From assembly GCF_021028975.2 (NCBI RefSeq), contig NC_059437.1, positions 37,401,507 to 37,450,000 on the forward strand: a stretch of 48,494 bases of DNA, written 5' to 3'. A program made the translations under genes and the position numbers. Of the stretch, positions 24,748 to 35,884 are shown one piece after another (within the stretch, counting starts at the first letter, position 1; every line of letters starts with the position of its first letter). Source of the DNA: Sphaerodactylus townsendi (taxonomy: Eukaryota). The notes under the pieces are model-generated. The model was not told the origin of the DNA and ran no database searches. It saw only the letters and a list, made by a program, of their open reading frames with translations.

Positions 24748-24897
24748 AGAGCCAGTGTGGTGTAGTGGTTAAGAGTGGTGGACTCTAATCTGGAGAACTG
24801 GGTCCAATTGCCTACTCCTCCACATGAAGCCTTCTGAGTGACTTTGGGTCAGTCACAGTTCTCTCAGAAATCTCTCAGCCCTACCTACCTCACAAGA
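24748..24897 (+). mobile_element. tRNA-derived SINE, 5' part
   Basis: AGAGCCAGTGTGGTGTAGTGGTTAAGAG A-box head and GTGACTTTGGGTCAGTCAC core. Confidence 0.7.
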
Positions 24898-25318
24898 TGT
24901 CTGTTTTGGGGAACTAGGTGGGTAGTAGAAGCTGACTAAAGTTGGCTCCACCCCCTGGCCTATCCCTGGAACACTGCTGGCCAGGCATGGGCAATGACTT
25001 CTGGGTTGGGCACCGCGGAGCCAAGTGGTACCCATCTGAGTAAGTCATCCTCCACCGGTTCATTTGCCCCTTGTGCTGTCAGGATGGGCACCCACATCAG
25101 CAGAGGGCTGTACTGGCTCCAGAGATGGGTCCTCCCCCCCTCCCCACCCAGTCTGGATTGGTTTATAAGTTGCTTTAAGACTCCTTAAAGTAGAGAAGAG
25201 TGGGTATAAAAACCTGTTCTTATTTTTCCTTTGTCCACAATACTTTTTCTTTATGCCTCCAAGCCCAGCAAGCGACCATGATGCTGTCCAGTGCAGCTGA
25301 TGTCTAAAGTTTGCCTTA

Positions 25319-25879
25319 ATGAATACAGTCTTTGGAGCCATCCCCCTCCTATTCAGGCATCCGTCTGCCTATGGCCTGTCCCGGATCACCAGCAGTCTGT
25401 TCCTCAGCAATGGGGAAGCCGCCAACAACAAGCTTCTCCTCTACGCCAACCGGATCACCACTGTTATCAATGTCTCCGTGGAGGTAGTCAACACCTATTT
25501 CCCAGACATTTCTTACATCCAGGTTCCTGTCCTCGACATCCCCTCAGCTCGCCTTTATGACTTCTTCGACCCTGTCGCTGATAAGATTCACGCTGTTGAA
25601 TTAAATCAAGGCCGCACTTTGGTGCACTGTGCTGCAGGCGTCAGCCGCTCCGCTGCCCTTTGCATGGCCTTCCTGATGAAGTACCATTCAATGTACCTGG
25701 CCAACGCGTATGCCTGGGTCAAGGCCTGCCGTCCCATCATCCGTCCCAACATCGGCTTCTGGCAACAGCTCATTCAGTATGAGCAAAAACTCTTTGGGAA
25801 AACCAGCGTCTCGATGATCCGGTCTGCACTGGGGGTGATTCCTGATCTCTACCAAAATGAGGTAATGATTGGCTTCTAG
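25319..25879 (+). CDS. DUSP18: Dual specificity protein phosphatase 18 (atypical DUSP, single coding exon), 186 aa
   Basis: Catalytic motif VHCAAGVSRSA, plus GLSRITSSLFLSNG and RPIIRPNIGFWQQL motifs. Splice acceptor at ~25263; AATAAA at 26028. Synteny with SLC35E4 favours DUSP18 over DUSP14/21. Confidence 0.93.
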   Translation: MNTVFGAIPLLFRHPSAYGLSRITSSLFLSNGEAANNKLLLYANRITTVINVSVEVVNTYFPDISYIQVPVLDIPSARLYDFFDPVADKIHAVELNQGRTLVHCAAGVSRSAALCMAFLMKYHSMYLANAYAWVKACRPIIRPNIGFWQQLIQYEQKLFGKTSVSMIRSALGVIPDLYQNEVMIGF

Positions 25880-26775
25880 CTAATGCAGAGTGGGCGGCAG
25901 CAGGTTACAAAGCACACAGCACAACACAAGAAGCACCAACACTGTCTTCTCTGAGTCGGGAATTTTTCAGTCTTAGCAGCTGTGCAAGGAAAGGAGACTT
26001 GCTGATACGTGTCATTTTTCTTCTATAAATAAACACAAGAAACATGAGGGGGTGGGGTGGGGAATATTGTTAAGTCTTCCCCAGGCTTTGAAAGAGATCC
26101 TTTGGTGAAGAGGGATACCTTTGTTTGCAGAAAATGCCTTTGTGTTTCAGCAAAATATGGTATGCAAAAGGGGGAAACTGGCCGCCTCTGGGAAGTCTCT
26201 TCCCTGAATGTGTAGTTTTCACTGGAAGAAGCAGCAGTGGCAGCAGGCCTTTTCCTTACAGAAGTCTAAGGAAAACTGAACAAGCAGAATTTTGCCTACC
26301 TATTCAGTAAGGAGTTAGCTTGTTCCTGATGTGAGTTCAAAGGCTTACCTCTGCTTCATTAAAGTGACGTTTTACAACAGTAACATTATGAGACTTATTT
26401 GTGTTCAGGTTTGTGCATGGACAAATGGTGCTCCTCCCCTTACCGCCATCACTATGTTTCCTACAACAAAGCATTTCCCATTAAGGCTTGCTACATTTTG
26501 GCTGCCAGCCTGCAGCATTGCCCCCGCCGCCCCCCCTTGAATTTCCTTGTGTCCTCATTTTTCATTTGCTGTTCATCCACAGTTTCTTTGTTGTTTCTCT
26601 ATGCTTTCTGAAATTGGATTAAAAGTAATTTGAGAAGGCATGAGGAAATTAAGAAACAATGGAGAGAGAACATGAAAAACTAAACCAGAGGGAAGTTCAT
26701 TGCCAGTCAGCACCCAAACCAGGGGAAAACCTGTGTGAAATAATGGCTAAAAAACTGTTTAGAGTAGTAGTTGTA

Positions 26776-27228
26776 GGCCATTTCTGCACGGTCCAAATAT
26801 CCTGGGATGGGCAAGTGATATATCCCGGTTCGTGCAAGCTTTCCACACGGTTTCCGGTGCTGAAGCGGGCCTGCCCTGGTGTTGCCCTGCAATATTTCTC
26901 TTAGGTCAGGATTTTCAAAAATCGCCAAATTAGTGATTCTTTTCAAATACTGCTGGGTGACCTGTCATACAAACACCATAGGAACATAAAGTTTATTTTT
27001 TCCTGCCTCGCCATTCTTGACCAATAAAGATGTTTGTGAATAAGGGGATGAACTTGCAGCGTAAATACAAAAGACCTGGGCTCATGCAGAACAAACTGGA
27101 GTATTACCTCCCGGTCCTAACTCAGCTCCTGGAAAGAAATGGGCGGCCGTGCGGAGGGAGAAATAAAATAGACCCAGGTTAAAAATATCGGTGGTACACA
27201 GGTATAATTTTGCCGTGCGGAAACGACC
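26776..27228. mobile_element. PIF/Harbinger-like non-autonomous element
   Basis: TIRs GGCCATTTCTGCACGG / CCGTGCGGAAACGACC; 3-bp TSD GTA; same termini as 42440-42931. Confidence 0.65.
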
Positions 27229-27729
27229 GTAGTCCCATACTCTTGAACAGTTCCTATCGATGGTGCCTGCATAAGAGTTCCACCAGGGATGTGGGTTGGG
27301 TCCCCAGGGGTCTGTTCACCAGTCACCCCTTAGCAGCATTCCAGATCTGCCGTTTGAAGTGGATTCTTCTCCTTGTCTTATGGTAAGACTGCCTGTGAGT
27401 ACTCAAGTTTTTGCAAATAGATTCTGAACGCAGATAGGAATACTTTCTCTGGAATACAAGTGTGCTTTATTAGGTATATTTTCAAGTTTCTTATACAAAT
27501 CATCTTACAAAAAACCGCACAAGGAGGTTTCTAGTAACTTGTTTCAGCTTTTCACAAAGTCTTTGAGTCCCCAAAGGGACCTTTCTCAGCTATTTCAAAG
27601 TCTCTTTCCTTCACCTGAGGATTCTGAGATTCTTCTTCGTCATAAGCTTGCCATCATAATGGAAGCTACACATGCAGTCTCACCTTCCAGAAAAGGGACG
27701 ACTACAGTCACCTGGGAAAGGAAAGGGGA

Positions 27730-30700
27730 TCACTTCTGTCTTGGCAAGGTAGAATCCACACAGTTCAACCAGAAATTGGCACAGCTAACATGATAACAGC
27801 TACCTTGGTATATAACAGAGTCAGAATTTCCTGTCGGCACCTGCCAAAATAAATTAACAATTAATTGTAGAAGTCTTGCTCAGTGCTGATAGATGGCCAG
27901 CTTTTTTTTCTACTCCAGAAAGGTCCCAATAGGCAGTCTGTATTTAGACCAGAACAGAGTGCAACAAAACCCCACCCCCATCCCCTGTTTCACCTCAGGC
28001 AGAGTTCAGTGGAACTCTGTTTTCTTTGGGGATGCCCACCAAACTTATGTTTGCCATTCTGGAAATTCTTTTGGATTATGGAACCCCCAGTTGTAGCAGT
28101 AATAGTGTTTTATTTACAATCAATAGATTAGGGCTTCCACTTTTAACTTGGATTGTGAGATTAATTGCTGATTTTAATTTGCCTGATTTTAAATCTGCAC
28201 ATTTCCAATTTGTTTTTTATTTTTAGAATGTATATTTTGTCTTTTAAACTTGTTCAAAAAATTTAAATTCTTTTAACGTTTGACTGTGAATCTACTGATT
28301 GTAAATAAAATACTACTACTTCTACAGTTGTGACAGCAAATACACGGGAAGGGTTTAGCACAGGGGTCCCCAAACTACAGCCCGGGGGCCAAATGTGGCC
28401 CCCTGAAGGCATTTATCCGGCCCGCCAGGCATGGCGGTGATGGCTCCATTCATGTGCAGTGGGGGCTCGAGGGAGAGGAGGAACTGGCCCCAACAGCTGT
28501 TGATTGCAGTTACATGATGGCACCCCCAAATCTCCATGAATTTTCTGACCCAGAGTTGGAAACCTTACATGTGGCAAAGCCTGCTCCGCCCTTCCCTCTC
28601 AGCTACTCCATGTGTTGCTCTCAGGCTTTCTGTTCCGCCTCACTCCCATTGGCATCAGCCAGGCTGGCGAATCGCTCGCTGGCTGCTAGGGAGGAAAGAA
28701 CCCAGGAAGATACCTAATACTGGGTTAGATGGAATGTTTCATTGGGAAAGTTCTGCTTTTTTTTTTTTTTTTACAGGGGAAGGTATTCCACAGCCTCCCC
28801 AACAATATTTGGAGCCCACCCTGTACTTGACATATTTTGGTCACTGTTCTTAAAATAGACCATGACAGAAAGGCTGAAAGGTGAAATCAAACATTTTACA
28901 ATCATTTGTGCATAGGAATTTGTTCATAGTTTTTTTTAGTCCGGCCCTCCAACAGTCTGAGGGACAGTGAACTGGCCCCCTGTTTAAAAAGTTTGGGGAC
29001 CCCTGGTTTAGCAGCTCTGGATTACCAGTACAGCTGACCTCTGCCCATACATAGCTGAAAAACATTACACAGTGTCAGCATAGTTTGTTTCCATGGCACA
29101 CCAGCTGCAGCAGACACACACGAATCTGCCTTCTACTGAATGAGTCTATCAAGTCAGTACTGTCAATTCTGATTGGTAGCAGCTGTCCAGGATTGCAGGT
29201 CTTTCATATCACCTACTACCTGGTCCTTGTAACTAGAGATGCTAGGAATTGAACTTGGCCCTTCTGTATGCAAAACAGATGCTCCACCATTAAGCCACAT
29301 CTACTTCCCTCAGCTGTTCAAACCTGTGGTGAGGACCATCACATATCAGCTAGTCTGTGTTAGTTCCAATTCTATTCTGGCACAAATGGGATCAGAACTG
29401 GGCATTTTGCAACAAAATAATTAAGAAACATCTCCCCCTCTTTTTTTGTTGTTGTCAAGTCACAGCTGATTGATGGAGACCCTAGGTTTTTTCAAGGCAA
29501 GAGACATTCATCCTGTCTCTATAACAGCATTAATCCAAACACTATCTCATGCATGAGATTTCTTTGGACAGTATTTTGATGGGGCAATAGGAAATCAATA
29601 TGCTGTGTTTTTGATAATTACCTCTGATTCTCGCCTCACCTCCATTAGGCAAACCCCGCAGACTTGACTCAGGGCCGGGTTAGGACCAGATAGATGAGTA
29701 CTGCTTTCTACTGATGACTCCAAAAGCTTCAAGTCCCATTGGCAGAGGCAAAAGAGGGGCAGGGAGGAAACAGATATTAAGCCTTGCCTTTTCTCCTACA
29801 AAGCCAGTTCTAGGGACATTATTATCAAGGCTTCAAGTCCAATGCAATGACAGGTTGGGGAACCGCTGCCATTACAACATCAGAGACCCCACCAAGTGTT
29901 TTAAGTGCACTCAGGAGAAGTATTGCACCAATTATCATATGTTGGCATTCCAATTGAAAGAAGAACTGTAGAAATGGGAAAGGCTTGGATCTCAGAAAGC
30001 CATATCATATTTTAGCGACACCCTTTGGGAGATCCTATGAAGCCGACATGCTTTTCAACCCTCCAGCCCTGTGTTGTCTACCCTAATTGGCAACAAATCT
30101 CCAAGGTCTCAGGCAGAGAAACATCTTCACCGGCCTTAATGCTTGAGATCATTTTAAAATGGAGATGGCAAAAGTGGAGACTGGGATCTTGTGCATGAAG
30201 CAAGAGCCTTGGATGACTCACAGGGCTCCATTGTGGAGTGACAGAAAAGGGGGCCGGCTTTGGTTCCCATTCTGCTAACAGATGCATACCGGACAAAGGA
30301 ACATTGTGCACACAGAATGAAAGAGCGGCAGCAATGCTGGAATTACTGATGGGGAGTAAGGATCTGGAAAGCATACTTGTAAAGCCCACCCACCTATTGC
30401 CCACTCTCCCAAGAATGGCAAGCAAAAAGTGGGCTGCTTATATGCTATCATTCCCCTTTCAGCTGTTCCACATTCTCCCCCAGGCATGTTAGAAGCTTTG
30501 GGGAATGGGAGAGAGCACATCCTGCAGATGTATCATTATGTGACCCATTTAATATGTCCTTGCCCGAAGATCTATTAATAAAAAAGGTCTTTGGCTTAGA
30601 AAGTGCCTGGTTTGCCTACTATCTCCTGTGACGTTTACACTCACAGACTAGAATATCTTACCAGCATTTGGAGCAGGGGGTGACCAAAGGCAAGAAAGGA

Positions 30701-33700
30701 CAGTAAATTATTCCAGGCTAAGTCCACCTCTCGTAATGTATGTCGAAGCAATTCACTTGCTGGCTGCCGAGTCTTTACCCCCTCTTCCAAGCGCTTAGAC
30801 ACCCGGTACACCTCAAACAAGCCTGCATGTGAGAACAAACTGCAAGGAGTACTGCATCCTGGCCAAATCAGAGAGTAGATTTGCTGAGTACAGGGGGCTG
30901 TGGCATTTAAAACTGCAGGTATAATTCTCTCCTTTGTAAAAAACGGGGCAATTCACTCCGCTATCTTAAGTGCTGTGCATTCCTTCATCAGTTTGCTATC
31001 TGTTTACAATATTTAAAATATAATTTGCACTTCTCACCCTTCCCCATTCATTTCCTCTCCAATATCGTATAACGTATTCTCACACACCATTTCTGCAACA
31101 TATGACAGAGAATCCACACCAGCACTAAAGTGTGATTCCCCCCAAATAGTTGCATCATGTCCTCCAGCTGTCACTGCCCTTAGACGCCACCTTTTGGCAT
31201 CTTCCTGAAGGCCCACGTTGTCCAGAACTGAAAAGCTTTTAATACCCCAGAAGGAACCAATGCAGATAGACATGAAGCACAATTCTACTTTAGGTGTGAT
31301 TCTGTTGGTAAGGTGTCAATGGCAGTTGCCTGGATGGTGCTCTCTCTACTCCTTTCTTCCCAAGTCTAGAAATTTTTAAGGGGTCAAAGCAGACAATAGC
31401 CAAGTTCTAATCAAGACTAGACCCAGTTCTGCCTATTATCAAGATTTGATTTTCACAGATTTCACACAGCAGTGGGCAAAGAACTCAGCAGCTAGGAAAG
31501 CCCAAGTTTGGGTCGTCTATCCCTCATGAATGCATCGACTGAGTGTTAACCCTGTGTCACAGCTACAGCATCCGGTGACGACTTTTCTAGGTGCCATTGA
31601 TATCAACAGAGCTTGCGCAGCAAAACTTTTTGGTGGACTGGGCCCTACACGTTCAGTCTGCCCATAGCTCATGCTGTTCCCCTTTATGGTGTACAAAAGC
31701 CAGCAGCTGAAGAAATCATGTCATCTAGTCTCCTGATGGTGTTGCTTCTGTCAGTTCCATCATGTATAAACAAAATGTTGCCTTCTTGTAATTGAATCAG
31801 AATTCAGACTGTTGACACAAACCTGCTCATACACGGATCATGAGGAGAAGTTCCAGGTAAGAGATGTCAGAGAACACATTCCAGAGCAAGGGACTGATGA
31901 GAGACCATCACATCCAGACTTTATTATAAATTATATGCACAAATCCATACCCAACATATATGCAGTCCCTGGTTTGGATAGCAGCACCTCACTGCACACT
32001 GATGGATTGCTTACACCTGCAAGGATTTCATTCGCCTTTCCAATTACCTGCAGAGGGTACAGGAGAGGCACATGAACAGAGGGGGGGGGGTGCCATCTCT
32101 GCAAGTCAGAGTTATTTTTCCCATTAACCCTAGAGAATATCCACAGCTAGCAACATAAACACATATTTCAAAGTCCTTGTGAGCCTTCAGTGCTTACTCC
32201 AGTCTTGTCAGTCTGATGTACTTTGGAAATTTCATGCTCAGGACATCATTTTCAACCATATAATGGCCCAATTTGGATCAGGGCCATGGAGTAAGTGGAA
32301 TGTAAGTCTTCTTCTCCACATCATTTCCCCAACCAGGAACAACCCAAGCACTGCTATTTTTCCTCACTGGAGAAATTTGCATGCGCTGGTGGGCTATATT
32401 TCCCCCCAATGGGCTCCAGGGTAAAAGATGAGGGGGCAAAGTCCCCCACCCTGAGAAGCCTTGATCCGATCTGATCCGAAGTGCCTGGCCGAATACACAT
32501 AGATGATAACTTTTTGCAAATGCCACAGCAACCAGTCAGTGATCCACCAAAAACTGTCCATTTTACTACTGTATTACAATCTATAGTCTACTCCTTTATG
32601 ATAGATGTTGCGTTTGGTACATCACTTGCTAACTAGCTTTGACTATTAAAAAGATTGACTCTTTAAATATTACAGATAAAGGTCTTGGGGAGGGGGGGGA
32701 AGACTTGGCTGCATCTCTCAGAGATGCACAAATGAAACAGATCTCTGAGGAGGGCTTTTGGGGGCTCTCTTGGGTGGTTTCAGTGTCCTCCACAGACACT
32801 GGGGATAGTCCAGGAGGAGAACTATTATTCTCTCCTTGACTCTTTCCCCTCACAACACAAACAACACCCTATCCTTTACACTCGTTGGTAACCCAAATCC
32901 CAGAAAATAGAACAAACTATGCAAAACACATGCAACACTGCCAGTAAAAGAACATGAAGCCCATGAGGAGTGAAAGTAAACAAGAGGATGACGCAAAAAT
33001 AAGCAACTCTGTACAATTACTAGGCCGAACCAGCAGAGGGCGTTAAGATTACATACAGGTTACACTGGGAAACTTCTCATTCACAGCCATGCAAGGGATT
33101 TATAATTAAATAAACAAACAAACCAAAGATCCTAACAGATAAATACATGTTGAATAATTGGTTTCCAAGCTAGCTCAATCTGCTGTATATTATTTTTAAA
33201 TGGAGTAAGCTTGTAGTGTGAGAGCGTATTAGCTTCTCAATCCACTGGGCCTTTGGAGAACTGGCAAACTAATCTTGAACATTATCCTAGAGGGCTTTAT
33301 AGCCAAGTAGTAAAATTCCATGAAACATCAAGCAAGAAGGTCAAAAAGGGTGCAAGGGAGGGAAATCAGTGAGGAGAGCAGGTATTAAGGGCAGGAACAA
33401 TCATGGTGATTCTGGGGAGCTGGGTGGAGCCCCCATATCCCTGCCACACCATAGCTGCCCCCCCCCAGAGCAAACCGAGGAGTGCCCCTTGCCCTATATG
33501 AGGTGGGAGAAGCTGCCGCCAGAAGAAGCCAGCTGCCCAAGCCCCAAATGGGGTGGGTCAAGTAGGGCTGCCAATTCTGGGTGGGGAAATTCCTGGAGAT
33601 TTGGGGTGGAGCCTGGGGGACAGCAGTGTTTGGAGAGAAAAGGGACTTCAGCGAAATATAGTGCCATAGAATTCACCTTACAAATCAGCCATTTTCTCCA

Positions 33701-35590
33701 GGGGAACTGACCTCTGTGGTCTGGAGATCAACAGCATTTCCTGAAAGCTTCCAGACCACATCTGGAGGTTGGCAACCCTTGGAAAGTTTCAGTGGCTGCA
33801 CGAGTCCGGTACCTGAGCCCCAGACAAGGTGTGTGTGAGTAGCTGTCTAGAAGTCAGATATGCCTGAGCTCCAGACTGGATAGGCATGGGTGGTGGCAGG
33901 AGTCTGCTCTTCTTTCTCCGTCTATTTCAGAAGGGCATGGGTGGGTGGGACTGTTCCTGGCATTGGCCTATGGCAGCTGCCCTATTGCCCATTGGCTAAG
34001 ACCAGCTGTGGTCAGGAGCTTACAGGCATTTGCAAACTTCATTGGAGAGCAGCAGGTTTCAATCCCTCAGCTGAGAGGGGGGAGATAATAAAAAAAAAAA
34101 CCTAATCTAATTACTTGACAAAGGGGATATAAATTAATAAAACTACAGATCTCACTTGAAAGAGATCTAAAGTAGGTCCTGAGAGAGGATGTAGTAAGCT
34201 CTGTATCTCTCACCTGAACCCAACAGTAGCCATAGGACAATATTCTGCCTCCTCCCATGAGGTTATTTTAGTATGTGTGACAAATGAAAAGAGAACAAGA
34301 ACATAAGAACAAGCCAGCTGGATCAGACCAGAGTCCATCTAGTCCAGCTCTCTGCTACTCGCAGTGGCCCACCAGGTGCCTTTGGGAGCTCACATGCAGG
34401 ATGTGAAAGCAAGGGCCTTCTGCGGCTGTTGCTCCCGAGCACCTGGACTGCCAAGCACCTGGGCTGCCAAGAGATAACAAGAAGAGCAGTTTGGTGATAG
34501 TTTAAACAGAGATAAGCTGGAGAGAGAGACCAGGGGAAGAAAAGGGAGTAGGGTTGCCAACTGCCTGGAGATAAAATAGTTAGGTCCTTTAATAGAGGCT
34601 TAATGAGACTGTTTATACAGGGTGATTTATTTACCTCTGTGCCATGAAAATTTCCAGCTGCCCATATCCCCCCATTAAGTCTCCAATAATGGGACAGGAC
34701 ATTTTCCCCCAGGCTGTAGGCAATCCTAAAAGGCAGACATCTTAAAGGATAAAAAAGTGCCATATTTACTCCAATGCAAGATGAGGTTTTTTCCCCCAAA
34801 TATGCCATCCAAACAAAAATACCTCAAAAGGGGAAACCATGTTTGCATACAAGTTACAGTTATGTTCAATTACATTTGAGGGGAGGGCATATAACTTTCT
34901 TAGGTGGCCATCTTATATTTAGGATTGCCCTCCTTTTGAGTAAATACCATAGCCAGCAGTGCAATGGAAATGTATAGACTTGGTGTGGATCTACATTATT
35001 TGCCTAGTCCTTTTGAGAAACCTTTTTTGTTACAGAACAGATGCTGGAAGGGAATGTCACACATAGGGTTATCTTTCCCCTCGTATCAATTTCCCACTGA
35101 AAACTACCAGTTGCTTTTATCCCACCTAGGGGAAAAGTATAGGTACCTGTCTTTTTCACCAGCAGCAATAAACCAAGGTAACTGCCAGGACCAGTTTAAG
35201 GTATTTTGACACCCAAAGTATACTCATTACCTGCCATGCTGGCATGGATGAGATCCATCCCCTTCTTACACTACTAATGACCAGAAGATTGCCAAGGAGT
35301 ATCTTAAGGTTGTCAACCTCCAGGCGGGACCTGGAGATCTTCCACTTTTATAACTGATCTCCAGACTACAGATATTAGTTCCCCATGACAAAAATGGCTG
35401 CTTGGGGGGCGGGGGGTGGACTTTATGGCATTGAATGCTGCTGAAGTCCCTGCTCTTCCCAAGCACCACCATCTCTAGGTTCCACCAAATCTCCAGGTAT
35501 AGCCCAACCCAGAGTTGACAATCCCAAAGGACCCTTTACCTTATGGATCTGCTGCAGGCATTGTATCAGATGGGCTGTCTCAGAGGTCAT
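27730..35590 (-). CDS. Uncharacterised synergin-gamma C-terminal-domain-like protein, 174 aa, 5 coding exons
   Basis: Exons 35590-35540, 32047-31951, 30822-30662, 29726-29622 and 27840-27730 (525 nt, all GT-AG, phases 0/1/0/0). Protein MTSETAHLIQCLQQIHK-VIGKANEILAGVSNPSVCSEVLLSKPGTAYMLG-LFEVYRVSKRLEEGV...VDLAWNNLLSFL...-SQVCGVCLMEV...-YQGSCYHVSCANFWLNCVDSTLPRQK. It is collinear with the recalled SYNRG C-terminus (VIKKANDTL..VCTEV..EVYRVTKRVELG..WNNLIGF..ACGVCLLNV..YHASCANFWINCV). Minus-strand AATAAA at 27471-27466. Confidence 0.85.
28361..29005. mobile_element. OposCharlie1 (OC1)-like non-autonomous hAT element in the last intron of the SYNRG-like gene
   Basis: TIR CAGGGGTCCCCAAACT; perfect TSD GTTTAGCA; 3' end GTGCATAGGAATTTGTTCATAG..GGCCCTCCAACAGTCTGAGGGACAGTGAACTGGCCCCCTGTTTAAAAAG matches recalled OC1. 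Confidence 0.82.
34290..34455 (-). mobile_element. CR1-type 3' end fragment
   Basis: AAGAACATAAGAAC..CTGGATCAGACCAGAGTCCATCTAGTCCAGC; an older related copy lies at ~24110-24290. Confidence 0.65.
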
Positions 35591-35645
35591 CACTCAGACT
35601 TAGTCGTCTGGAAACAAGAAGAAAGAGTAATATGTGGGGGTAAGA

Positions 35646-35884
35646 AAGAAGAAGAGTTGATTCATATACCCTGCTTTATCTTTACCACAAGGAGTCTCAA
35701 AGCAGCTTACAATCACCTTCCCCCTTCCCTCTTCACAACAGGGACCTTGAGAGGTAGGTGAGGTTGAGTGAGTTCTGAGAGAACTGTGACTAGCCTAATG
35801 TCATCCAGCAGGCTTCATGTGGAAGAGTGGCAAATTGAACCCAATTCCTTAGATTAGGGTCTGCCACTTTACCACACTGGCTCT
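35646..35884 (-). mobile_element. tRNA-derived SINE
   Basis: Similar to the 9234 and 5116 copies; lies just upstream of the first coding exon of the SYNRG-like gene. Confidence 0.7.

Noticed and set aside
32629-32853. Possible extra exon of the SYNRG-like gene
   Set aside because: No homology, and the 35540-to-32047 junction already gives a gap-free match to the recalled SYNRG sequence.
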